NCBI GenBank assembly: GCA_964016885.1
Contig: OZ024762.1
Span: 21,700,001-21,764,000 of the forward strand
Source: Eledone cirrhosa
Lineage: Eukaryota
DNA: 64,000 nt
Reading direction: 5' to 3'
A model generated the notes under the pieces. It was not told where the DNA came from, searched no databases, and saw only the letters and a program-made list of their open reading frames with translations. The translations under genes and the position numbers were made by a program. This document shows, piece after piece, positions 17,216-30,210 of the stretch (position 1 is its first letter; every line of letters starts with the position of its first letter).

Positions 17216-17217
<2 letters not shown>
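17037..17217. mobile_element. Penelope-like terminal remnant (inverted ends plus extension)
   Basis: Arms 17037-17079 / 17096-17138; extension tacccactctactacc...cctccgtta. Confidence 0.75.
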
Positions 17218-17247
<30 letters not shown>

Positions 17248-17320
17248 TATGACACACACAGAAACAAAATGGCGTAGGACAGAACAAAGGAGAGGCACAG
17301 AAACAAAGAAAGGAATTCCC

Positions 17321-17365
17321 AGTCACTGAAGAGGTCACAGAGTGTGTGACGAAAGAACTATGACT
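17321..17365 (+). ncRNA. Minimal type I hammerhead ribozyme motif
   Basis: agtca CTGAAGA g gtcaca gagtg tgtgac GAAA gaac TA tgact; stem I agtca/tgact. Confidence 0.75.
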
Positions 17366-17781
17366 ATATATAAACAACTATCTGGTTGTGGAACCAACCA
17401 ACCAACCAGAAATTTATAAATTTGTAAATATATAAATTTATAAATATATAATAAATTGAAGTGAAAGCAACTGGTGCGTGTGTTTCTTATTGGCAACATG
17501 ACCCTCCCAAAGTATAACAATATCGGTTTCAACACACGATTTCAGATAAAGAATCTTGCTAAACAAATTCAGAAACGAAATATATAAATATAAATTAGCG
17601 AGAATCGTATTTCGGCTTAGGAATTAACGAAAAACAACTTCCGATATGTGTGGCAAGCGCTCAATGATTCAGATGAACCAGAGCTACAACATACGTTAAA
17701 GGCCAAACACACTGAGACGATGGTTAAACAAACATCCGCACGGCCAAAGAAACGACCAAGTAATTCGGGTCAAACAATAAA

Positions 17782-17824
<43 letters not shown>

Positions 17825-17892
17825 AATATGTCTTCCTTCGGTTGCAACGATTTTTGAAATATTCACTTCTGCGTTCACAGATTGACTTTTTT

Positions 17893-17943
17893 AGTTTCAG
17901 AAGATCCCGTTAAGAGTGAAAGCAGCGATTCTTTGCTTAAACT
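17893..17943 (+). ncRNA. Degenerate type I hammerhead motif (core U to A)
   Basis: agttt CAGAAGA tcccgttaagagt GAAA gca...tgc TT aaact. Confidence 0.55.
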
Positions 17944-17963
17944 TTAATCTGTTATTTTAATAA

Positions 17964-17998
<35 letters not shown>

Positions 17999-18003
17999 CA
18001 TAG

Positions 18004-18071
<68 letters not shown>

Positions 18072-18119
18072 TATATATATATATAAAATATATATATATA
18101 TATATAAAATATATATAAT

Positions 18120-18242
<123 letters not shown>

Positions 18243-18907
18243 TCAACTAATTGGCAAGAACAGGGAAGTTTCACTGTTTACATAATAAATGGCGTGGTGG
18301 CGGTGGTGGTAGTGGTGGTGGGGGGTTGTGATAATAGTGGTAGTGGTTGTAGTAGTAGTGGTGGTGGTGGTGGAGGTAGTGGTTGTGATAATCATAGTAG
18401 TGATGTTGGTGGTAGTAGTAATTGTGACGGCGGTGGAGGAGGAAGTAGCGATAATGCTGGTATCATCAACCACCACTACCACCAGCCCCACCACCAGCCT
18501 CCCCCCCTCACCTCCACCACCACTAACATTATCATCATCATCATCAGCAGCAGCAGTACTACTACCAAGCTCGATTAGCTAGAACAATCACCAAAGTAAA
18601 CTGTTCATCGTGGGACGTTCTTTGATCTGCAACAGTGGATCATCAAACTCTTGTGTTTGTTGCTTTAGTTGCTTTTGCTGATGTCCTTTGTCGTCGTTGT
18701 TGTTATTATTATTATTGTTTGGTGGTGGTGGTGATGATGATAATGATGATGGTGGTGATGGTGGTGATGATGGTGGTGGTGGTGATGGTGGTGGTGGTGG
18801 TGCTATTTTCTCTGATCTTTTGATGATTGTTGAAGAGTTTCAAGTGATATGTCTGTTTATGTAAACATGTACCATTTCGTATCAAGTGGCAAACACAGGA
18901 TAAATAG

Positions 18908-19028
<121 letters not shown>

Positions 19029-19045
19029 ATATGTGTGTGTGTGTG

Positions 19046-19106
<61 letters not shown>

Positions 19107-19260
19107 CTGCTGCAATACAAGAATAGACAAATTATGCAAAATACTGTCCTGCCTCACCTGACATCTGCTCCCCACCACCTTTACTCTTCCTTCACCTTCG
19201 GCATACCTGGGGAGCACACCTTTTATCATAACCCTCTGTATACGCACCCGTCTATTGCTG

Positions 19261-19294
<34 letters not shown>

Positions 19295-19346
19295 AAACCT
19301 TTACCTTTGAGTTCTGTTCATCTGTGCTAGGTTTGTATTGTATATT

Positions 19347-19968
<622 letters not shown>

Positions 19969-20231
19969 GAAATGTATGTGTCTGTGTCTGTGTATATTTA
20001 TATATATATATATGAGTGTATGTATGAGTGTGTGTGGGGTGTATATACATATATAAATATGTCTGTGTGTGTGTCTTGTTTGTGTGTATGTATGCATATA
20101 TAGATAGATAGATAGATTTTACAAATATATATTATATTTATCATACACACACATGTATATACATATGTATGTGTGTATGTATGTATGTATGTACACTTAT
20201 TTATACATGTATATTATAACAAATAAGTTTT

Positions 20232-20422
20232 AAAAAACACCCACAAAAACACCAACAAAACATCCACAAAAACACCAACAAAACACCCACAAAGATACCA
20301 ACAAAACACCCACAAAAACATCAACAAAACACCCACAAAAACACCAACAAAACACCCACAAAAACACCAACAAAACACCCACAAACACACCAACAAAACA
20401 CCAACAAAAACATCAACAAAAA
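20232..20422. repeat. ~23-bp A/C tandem repeat (aaaacacccacaaaaacaccaac)
   Basis: Direct inspection. Confidence 0.9.
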
Positions 20423-20584
20423 TCTCAACATTGTGATGAAAGGCCCCAGATAATGGATATTGAATGTTGTTGAATGAAGTAACACACAAACATGAACACC
20501 TTTGAACATCCCAAATATAAACATTACACTACTGATACCATTGTTGTTATAGCGGGGGGTGGAGGGCTTGAACTCGTAGTGGGG

Positions 20585-21670
20585 CCAGTGGTGTGGTAGG
20601 AGGGGACGTTACATGGTAATGTAAGTGTTGGCAGGACATGGGTCAGTGTGGTGTGGTAGGAGAGCTCGTCAGATGGTATGGTGAGTGTTGGCAGGACATG
20701 GGTGAGTGTGGTGTGGTAGGAGATGTCGTTAGATGGTATGGTGACTGTTGGCAGACATGGGTCAGTGTGGTGTAGGTATGAGGAGTGGTCAGTGGTATGG
20801 TGAGTGTTGGCAGGACATGAGCCAATGTGGTGTGGTAGGAGAGGTCGCCAGATGGTATGGTGAGTGTTGGCAGGACATGAGCCAATGTGGTGTGGTAGGA
20901 GAGGTCGCCAGATGGTATGGTGAGTGTTGGCAGACATGGGTCAGTGTGGTGTAGGTATGAGGAGTGGTCAGTGGTATGGTGAGTGTTGGCAGGACATGAG
21001 CCAATGTCGTGTGGTAGGAGAGGTCGCCAGATGGTATGGTGAGTGTTGGCAGGACATGGGTGAGTGTGGTGTGGTATGAGGAGTGGTCAGTGGTATGGTG
21101 AGTGTTGGCAGGACATGAGCCAATGTGGTGTGGTAGGAGAGGTCGCCAGATGGTATGGTGAGTGTTAGCAAGACTTGGGCCACTGTGGAGTGGTATGGTC
21201 GGTCTTATGTAGACATGAGGCAGTGAGGTGTGGTCAAGTGGTATGATGGGTCTTATGAGGACATGGGGTAGTGAGGTGTGGTAGGAGAAGTCGTCAGATG
21301 GTATGGTGAGTGTTGGCAGACATGGGTCAGTGTGGTGTGGGTATGGGAAGTGGTCAGTGGTATGGTGAGTGAGTGTTGGTAAGACATGGGCTAGGGTGCT
21401 GTGGTCGAGTGGTCAGTGGTATGGTGAGTGTTGACAGGACATGAGCCAGTGTGGTGTGCTTAAGTGGTATGGTTGGTCTTATGAGGACATGGGGTCAGCG
21501 AGGTGTGGTCACGTGGTAGGTGGGTCTTACGGGGACATGGGAGCAGTGTGGTTTCGTTGAGTGGTATGGAGGGTCTTGTGACAGTGTGGTGTGGTCAAGT
21601 GGTATGCTGAGTCTTATGAATACAAGAGGCCAGTGAGGTGTGGTATGGTGGGTCTAATGAGGACAAGGAC
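20585..21670. repeat. ~60-bp GT-rich minisatellite with two alternating unit variants
   Basis: gtggtgtggtaggagaggtcgccagatggtatggtgagtgttggcaggacatgagccaat and variants. Confidence 0.9.
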
Positions 21671-21675
21671 TGTGA

Positions 21676-21725
21676 TCTATCTTCTCTCTTCTGTCTTCTG
21701 TCTTCCGTCTTCTGGCTTCCATTTT

Positions 21726-21759
<34 letters not shown>

Positions 21760-21840
21760 TCTATCTTCTCTTTTCTGTCTGCTGTCTTCTGTCTTCTGTC
21801 TTCTCTCTTCTATCTACTGCCTTCCATTTTCTGTCTTCTA

Positions 21841-21871
<31 letters not shown>

Positions 21872-22369
21872 TCTATCTTCTGTCTTCTGTCTCCTGTCTT
21901 CTGTCTTCTATCTTCTATCTTCTGTCTCCTGTCTTCTGTCTTCTATCTTCTATCTTCTGTCTCCTGTCTTCTATCTTCTGTCTTCTGTCTTCTATCTTCT
22001 ATCTTCTATCTTCTATCTTCTATCTTCTGTCTTCTATCTTTTGTCTTCTATCTTCTATCTTCTATCTTCTGTCTTCTATCTTCTGTCTTCTATCTTCTGT
22101 CTTCTATCTTCTCTCTTCTGTCTTCTGTCTCCTGTCTTCTATCTTCTGTCTTCTATTTTCTATCTTCTGTCTTCTATCTTCTGTCTCCTGTCTTCTATCT
22201 TCTGTCTTCTATCTTCTATCTTCTATCTTCTATCTTCTGTCTTCTATCTTCTGTCTTCTATCTTCTGTCTTCTATCTTCTGTCTTCTATCTTCTCTCTTC
22301 TGTCTTCTGTCTCCTGTCTTCTATCTTCTGTCTTCTATCTTCTATCTTTTATCTTCTATCTTCTATCTT

Positions 22370-22402
<33 letters not shown>
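21676..22402. repeat. Heptamer array (TCTTCTR)n
   Basis: About 100 units of tcttctg/tcttcta. Confidence 0.95.
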
Positions 22403-22403
<1 letters not shown>

Positions 22404-22602
22404 ACAACCGATGTGAAAGAAGAGAAAGAAGAGAAGACATGAGAAGCTAAGCTAAGTTAATTAATATTCATATCTTAAGAATTAAACTGTTTCACGGCGG
22501 GAAGAATCGCATCACACTCATTGATGAGTGAATGGCAACGTTTACTATATATATATATATACATACATATACATACAGATATATATATATATATATATAT
22601 TC

Positions 22603-22633
<31 letters not shown>

Positions 22634-22717
22634 TACATATATATATATACAGATATATATATATAGATATATATACAGATATATATATATATACATACAG
22701 ATATATATATATATATA

Positions 22718-22769
<52 letters not shown>

Positions 22770-22838
22770 TATATATATATATATATATATACAGATATAT
22801 ATATATATATATACAGATATATATATATATATATATAC

Positions 22839-22935
<97 letters not shown>

Positions 22936-23020
22936 TATATATATATACATACGTGTGCGCATATCTGTGTGCGTATGTTTGTGCATGTGTGTATATATAT
23001 ATAATATGTATATATGTATA

Positions 23021-23072
<52 letters not shown>

Positions 23073-23337
23073 GACATACATATATACATATATATATATA
23101 CATGTGTGTGCGTAATGGAGGGAGAGTTAAGGAGGTATGAGGGCGCTAGTGATGGGGGGGGGGGGGTACATGAATGCCGTGACTGAGGATAAAGTGGAGG
23201 AGAGGGGAGAGGGATGGCGATAGAGGCGGCAACAGAGGAGATGAAGCGGAACAAATTTAAGATCACAACCGAAGCATTTTAAAACGGAAAGATAGAGAAG
23301 CACATTTGGAAAGATGAAGAGAATGAGATAACGAAAC

Positions 23338-23860
23338 TGGTGGTGGTGGTGGTGGTGGTGGTGGTGGTGGTGGTGGTGGTGGTGGTGGTGATGGTGGTGG
23401 TGGCGGTGGTGGTGGTGGTGATGGTGGTGGTGGTGGTGGTGGTGGTGGTGGTGATGATGGTGATGGTGGTGGTGGTGGTGGTGATGATGGTGGTGATGGT
23501 GATGATGGTGGTGGTGGTGGTAGTGATGGTGGTGATGGTGGTGATGGTGATGGTGGTGGTGATGGTGGTGATGGTGGTGGTGGTGGTGATGGTGGTGATG
23601 ATGGTGATGATGATGATGGTGGTGGTGGTGATGGTGGTGGTGGTGGTGATGATGGTGGTGGTGGTGATGGTGGGGTGATGGTGGTGGTGATGGTGGTGAT
23701 GGTGGTGGTGGTGATGGTGGTGGTGGTGGGTGATGGTGGTGGTGATGGTGATGATGGTGATGGATGGTGGTGGTGATGGTGGTGATGATGATGGTCATGG
23801 TGATGGTCGTGGTGGTGATGGTCATGGTGGTGGTGATGGTGGTGATAGTGATGGTGATGA
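23338..23860. repeat. (GGT/GAT)n array
   Basis: Direct inspection. Confidence 0.95.
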
Positions 23861-23881
23861 AGAGGGTTGTTATGACAACTA

Positions 23882-24072
23882 TAATAATTGTTTTCTACTT
23901 TTGGCACAAGGCCAGCAATTACCCCAGTACATTACTGGTACTTTATTTTATCGACCCCCCCCCCGTAAGGATGAAAGGCAAAGTTAACCTCTGCGGGATT
24001 TGAACTCAGACCGTAAAGTACCGTAACTCTAGCTGTAAAGCATGGCGTCCGACCCTCTACCGATACTGCCAA
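23882..24072 (-). mobile_element. Family A SINE
   Basis: Reverse complement of the family consensus. Confidence 0.9.
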
Positions 24073-24105
24073 AACGAAGGATAGTCACTTAAGATCATCT
24101 CTATT

Positions 24106-24182
24106 TATTTTATTATACATATTTCGAAGATGCAAGGCTTATGTATAACATAATCCAAAACATGTTCTCGTCAGATAAAATA
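24106..24182 (-). ncRNA. Type I hammerhead ribozyme motif (same family as 59465)
   Basis: Minus strand: tattttat CTGACGA gaacatg...catcttc GAAA tatgta TA ataaaata. Confidence 0.8.
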
Positions 24183-24308
24183 CACAGGGGATGCAGGTTT
24201 CTTTTGATATACTGTGGTCAAAAGAGTCAGACAGATCGGTGACAACCAAGCATATCTAACGATATATATATGTGTGTGATTTTGTGTAAGATATTCTATA
24301 TGTACATG

Positions 24309-25429
24309 CTTCTTCTTCTTCTTCTTCTTCTTCTTCTTCTTCTTCTTCTTCTTCTTCTTCTTCTTCTTCTTCAGCTTCTTCTTCTTCTTCAGCTCCTTCT
24401 TCTTCTTCAGCTCCTTCTTCAGCTCCTTCTTCAGCTTCTTCTTCTTCTTCTTCTTCTTCTTCTTCTTCTTCTTCTTCTTCTTCTTCTTCTTCTTCTTCTT
24501 CTTCTTCTTCGTCTCCTTCAGCTTCTTCTTCTTCTTCGTCTTCTTCAGCTTCTTCTTCTTCAGCTTCTTCTTCTTCTTCTTCTTCTTCTTCTTCTTCTTC
24601 TTCTTCTTCTTCTTCTTCTTCAGCTTCAGCTTCAGCTTCTTCTTCAGCTTCAGCTTCAGCTTCTTCTTCTTCTTCTTCTTCTTCTTCTTCTTCTTCTTCT
24701 TCTTCTTCTTCTTCTTCTTCAGCTTCTTCTTCTTCTTCTTCTTCAGCTTCTTCTTCTTCTTCTTCTTCTTCTTCTTCTTCTTCTTCTTCTTCTTCTTCTT
24801 CTTCTTCTTCTTCTCTTCTTCAGCTTCAGCTTCAGCTTCTTCTTCAGCTTCAGCTTCAGCTTCTTCTTCTTCTTCTTCTTCTTCTTCTTCTTCTTCTTCT
24901 TCTTCAGCTTCTTCTTCTTCTTCTTCTTCAGCTTCTTCTTTTTCTTCTTCTTCTTCTTCTTCTTCTTCTTCTTCTTCTTCTTCTTCTTCAGCTTCTTCTT
25001 CAGCTTCTTCTTCTTCAGCTTCTTCTTCTTCTTCTTCTTCTTCTTCTTCTTCTTCTTCTTCTTCTTCTTCTTCTTCTTCTTCTTCAGCTTCTTCTTCAGC
25101 TTCTTCTTCTTCAGCTTCTTCTTCTTCGTCTTCTTCTTCTTCTTCTTCTTCTTCTTCTTCTTCTTCTTCTTCTTCTTCTTCTTCTTCTTCAGCTTCTTCT
25201 TCTTCTTCTTCTTCTTCTTCTTCTTCTTCAGCTTCTTCTTCTTCTTCTTCTTCTTCTTCTTCTTCTTCTTCTTCTTCTTCTTCTTCAGCTTCTTCTTCTT
25301 CTTCTTCTTCTTCAGCTTCTTCTTCAGCTTCTTCTTCTTCTTCAGCTTCTTCTTCTTCAGCTTCTTCTTCAGCTTCTTCTTCAGCTTCTTCTTCTTCTTC
25401 TTCTTCTTCTTCTTCTTCTTCTTCTTCTT
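24309..25429. repeat. 1.1-kb (CTT)n array with cag interruptions
   Basis: Direct inspection. Confidence 0.97.
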
Positions 25430-25710
25430 GAGAGGGTCTTACAGGGTCGTCAAGCATGAGTTCCAGAGGATCCTATCGGAAGTAACCGTCTCTTTGAATA
25501 ATATCGTTGGATTCCCAAGAGACAAATTAGATCATAGCTATCATTCGACCATCTTTCACACAATCGTGGGTGGTGGGAAGCAGAGCCCTCAAACACTCCT
25601 TCCAGCGGGTCCTATCAGAAGCAACCATCTCCAGATGATCCGGCTAGATCCCCAAACTACAGCAACTATCTTGCTCAAGGACTAGCAAGATGGTTGAATA
25701 ACATCCATGA
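25430..25710 (-). mobile_element. RTE-clade LINE 3'-end remnants
   Basis: Minus 25560-25660 (ctggagatggttgcttctgataggacccgctggaaggagtgttt) matches 43255-43340; 25430-25558 is a more diverged copy of the same region. Confidence 0.7.
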
Positions 25711-26039
25711 ATTAAATTTATTTTAACGGTCTTTTCATTGAGATGTTATGTATATTGGTGACACATTTATTTATGTATGATATCTGCTGCTCTTTAAATG
25801 TTGAGTTAATAGACGGTTTATATTAGCTGCTATTTCTAGTGGCAATTTAAACTCGTCACTTTGTCTATGATATACAAATATTTACCTTGTTGGTCGATCT
25901 ACGCATGCGTGTAGTATTGTACGCCATACTGGTTCGGAGAAGATAGTCGTAGTTCGCTAACAGGTATATATCTATCTTTTTATTATACTATAACGGAACC
26001 CGTATCACGAAAGAATGTATATATACATAGATATATGTA

Positions 26040-26084
<45 letters not shown>

Positions 26085-26092
26085 TTATATAT

Positions 26093-26137
<45 letters not shown>

Positions 26138-26619
26138 GGAAACAGATAACAATTAACAATAGAGTGAAAATAACAAATTTCCCCGTTAGGGCGGACCAGC
26201 CGTTCAGGGATAATTTAGGAAACCCAAAGGTTCCTAATAACTTGGAAAACCATAGGATATTGTTCCTATACACTCTGTTCTCTACAGCCTTCAGAATAGT
26301 CCCATTGACTTATTCTAGCAACATTCACCTACCATTTACCAAATATATCGGAGGCATGAGAGGTGGGTAGCACTAGCAACGGCCGTTGCAATTTATTTGA
26401 GCCCTCAGCTGGGCTTTTTAGTTTTAGGATGGTTAGAATTTTTTTTATTTAATGCCTGTATGTATAACTGTTCAATTGCAATGACTTGTACTAAGCTAAC
26501 TTTGATATGTAAAATTGGAGTGGGGAGGCGCGCTGTGTTTTCTAAATTTTGTGTATGAGAGGCCACCCAAATTTGAAATGCTCCGGGCCTCTCATGGTCT
26601 AAATCCAACACTGTTGGTA

Positions 26620-27534
26620 GGCCAGGTATTTCCGGAAGTTTTCCATCGACCTTGGGCTAAAAGGACTCGGTTAGATGATCGTCTATGACACCGCTCGGTG
26701 AAACTCTAGGCGTGGAGGAAGATGAACTGGCCAGTCTGTTCGGTAGGACCTTCCGTCCGGGACCGATGGACAACTTCCAAAAGTCCCTGGCCTGGCAGTG
26801 CTACCGAGGAGCTCTACCAGTTCGAGACAAGCTCTACAGACATGGGCGCCCGGGCAGGGACCCTGCAAAAAAGATCTGTCCGAGGTGCGTGCGAGACGAA
26901 GAAACCGTCGCGCACGCATTCATACACTGCCCGGGCGTCACTGATCTGTGGGGATATGTAGAACGACTATTGTCGCGGGTGGGACCAATCCAGTTGACCA
27001 CCGAGTCCATTGTCATGATCAAACCGCCACCCTCCTTCAAAAACGAAGGAGAGGCGGTTTTCCTTTGTGTGATAGCTATGGCGAAAGAGGTTGTATGGTG
27101 GACAAGGTTGAAAGGGCTGAGGTCAGACACCTTTTTCTCCGGCCAACAACTGATTCTTTTTTTCAAATACCACTTTGGAAGAAGAATCAGGATGGAGAGA
27201 GAGGTGCTGTACCCCAGCAAGTTTTATGAAAGGTGGGTGAAAGTGGCGAGAATGGCCCGAGTGAATGGGCCTTCTCTCTATATCAGCCTGTAGATTGAGG
27301 AAAAGGAGGAGGAGAGGAAAGGAGTACAAGCTCTTCGTACTCCTGGAGATGAGGGTTGCACATTTTTTTCGGGGGTATGTGTTACCCATATAAACTGTCT
27401 CCCTCTATTGGGGAAAATCGACTAACTTTTAAATTCCATCTGTGATAACATTTTACACGTTTTTATTGTATGTAAACTTCCCCCTTTGTATTTGTCCCCT
27501 TCTTTTGTGCCCCTGTGGCTAATAAAGAAATATA
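26620..27534 (+). mobile_element. 5'-truncated L1/Tx1-clade LINE 3' end; ORF2 C-terminus with zf-RVT zinc knuckle (ORF 26685-27293)
   Basis: LAWQCYRGALPVRDKLY...CPRCVRDEETVAHAFIHC...LW is a CxxC-x7-H-x4-C zf-RVT motif; the 3' UTR ends tgtggctaataaagaaata. Confidence 0.85.
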
Positions 27535-27631
27535 TCTACACAAGAACGGCGGCAATTTCCCCTAGCAATAAATAAATAAATGTAGGTTGGAATGAAGAAG
27601 TATTTTAAACTTCAGATATTTCTTCAGTTAG

Positions 27632-27810
27632 TGAAGGCGCGTGGCTGGGTGGTAAGAGAATTGGATTTCACAATCTTGAGGTTGTAAGTTCGATTCCAGG
27701 ACCGGATGATGTGTTATGTCCTTGAGCAAGACACTTTATTTCATGTTGCTCCTTCTACCTGGAGTTGCGACCGATAGATAGTATTAGCAATTGGAAAGAC
27801 CAACGGAAAC

Positions 27811-27835
<25 letters not shown>
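27632..27835 (+). mobile_element. Family B tRNA-derived SINE
   Basis: A-box tggctgggtgg, B-box gttcgattcc and core tgtccttgagcaagacactt; homolog at 63645-63840 (-). Confidence 0.75.
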
Positions 27836-28500
<665 letters not shown>

Positions 28501-28839
28501 CATCATCATCATCATCATCATTATCATCCTAATCATCATCATCCTAATTATTATCATCATCATCATCGTCGTCATCATCATAATTATCATTGTCAACGTC
28601 ATCAATAACGCGAGCATCTTAAAAAAAAAAAGCACGTACGGCAGCACAGATATTTCCAGCTTTCTGAAGAAGAAGAAGAAGAAGAAGAAGAAGAAGAAGA
28701 AATGGCGGCAGTTGAGCGAATGAAAGAGGGTTATCTTGCGCCGCCCCTTAACCGGAAGTTTGTCGCTGGGCAATGGGCTGTGAACATCACTTAGATTAAC
28801 TTGTAAAGATTTTATGGATCTTCTGCATATGTTATAGCT

Positions 28840-28867
28840 GTAATAGTAGTAGTGGTGGTGGTAGTAA

Positions 28868-28922
<55 letters not shown>

Positions 28923-28974
28923 GGTGGTGGTGGTGGTAGTAGTAGTAGTGGTGGTGGTGGTGGTAATAGTAGTG

Positions 28975-29027
<53 letters not shown>

Positions 29028-29043
29028 GGTAATAGTAGTGGTG

Positions 29044-29093
<50 letters not shown>

Positions 29094-29124
29094 GGTGGTA
29101 ATAGTAGTGGTAGTAGTGGTGGTG

Positions 29125-29185
<61 letters not shown>

Positions 29186-29270
29186 AGGTGGTGGTGGTAG
29201 TAGTGGAGGTAATGGTAGTAGTAGTGGCAGTAGTAGTGGTGGTGGTGGTAGTAGTAGCAGCAGCAGCAGT
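28840..29270. repeat. (GTA/GTG)n array
   Basis: Direct inspection. Confidence 0.95.
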
Positions 29271-29273
29271 AAG

Positions 29274-29682
29274 AATTGTTTCTACTTTTGGCACAAGGCC
29301 AGCAATTACCCCAGTGCATTACTGGTACTTTATTTTATCGACCCCGTAAGGATGAAAGGCAAAGTCAACCTCGGCGGGATTTGAACTCAGATCGTAAAGG
29401 GACGTAACTATGCTGGAAAGCATGGCGTCCGACCCTCTACCGATACTGCCAATTCACCGCCCAATCCACACGGGAGTAAATAATTGTTTCTACTTTAGGC
29501 ACAAGGCCAACAATCACCCAGTACATTACTGGTACTTTATTTTATCGACCCCGTAAGGATGAAAGGCAAAGTTAACCTCGGCGGGATTTGAACTCAGAAT
29601 GGCAAGGGCCATAACTCTATGCGTCAACGCAAGACGTCCGACCCTCTACCGATACTGCCAATCCAACACGGGAGTAAATAAT
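29274..29682 (-). mobile_element. Two young family A SINEs; the second has a 17-bp TSD
   Basis: acacgggagtaaataat at 29468-29484 and 29666-29682. Confidence 0.9.
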
Positions 29683-29859
29683 ACTCATTAGAAGGTCATA
29701 TGGTTTGGTTTTGTCCCGTAACTCTTGATGGGGTTGTAGGTGCACTGGGTTGAAATTCGATGTTTTTATGGCGTTTTTTTTAAAACCTGGTGGAGACAAT
29801 ACCCTCTCCAGGTCTGAATACAGTAGATTTCTTCAAAAGAAGGATAAAGCCTGAGAGCG

Positions 29860-30048
29860 AAAAAGTGAAAAAAAGATGTGGAAGAAGAATCAACCACCGT
29901 AGCTGACTCGTACTTTTTTTTATCAACCTCGAATGAACGAAAAGCAAAGATGACCTCGGTAGGATTTTGAATTCAGAGAACAGAAAACCGGGACGAATAC
30001 CGCAAAGCTTTCTATCCGACATTCTAAGGGCTCTGCCAATTCCCCTCC
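29860..30048 (-). mobile_element. Old family A-related SINE
   Basis: Diverged match: gaaaagcaaagatgacctcggtaggattttgaattcag...ctgccaattc. Confidence 0.65.
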
Positions 30049-30210
30049 TTACAGAATGTAATATAGTCTAAGTCTTAGATTCTTCCGTGCCGTTCGGCGT
30101 ATCGAGCAGTAAGTAGTCGCCAACGGTCCGTGCCAAGTGATGTTGGCGGCCATCATGTCTTTTCGAAACGTTCGTCACCAACGGTCACAATCCTGGGGCA
30201 ATCCGGCCTC

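Noticed and set aside
24171-25685. 428-aa and 471-aa ORFs
   Set aside because: These are the (CTT)n array plus an RTE remnant, not a gene.
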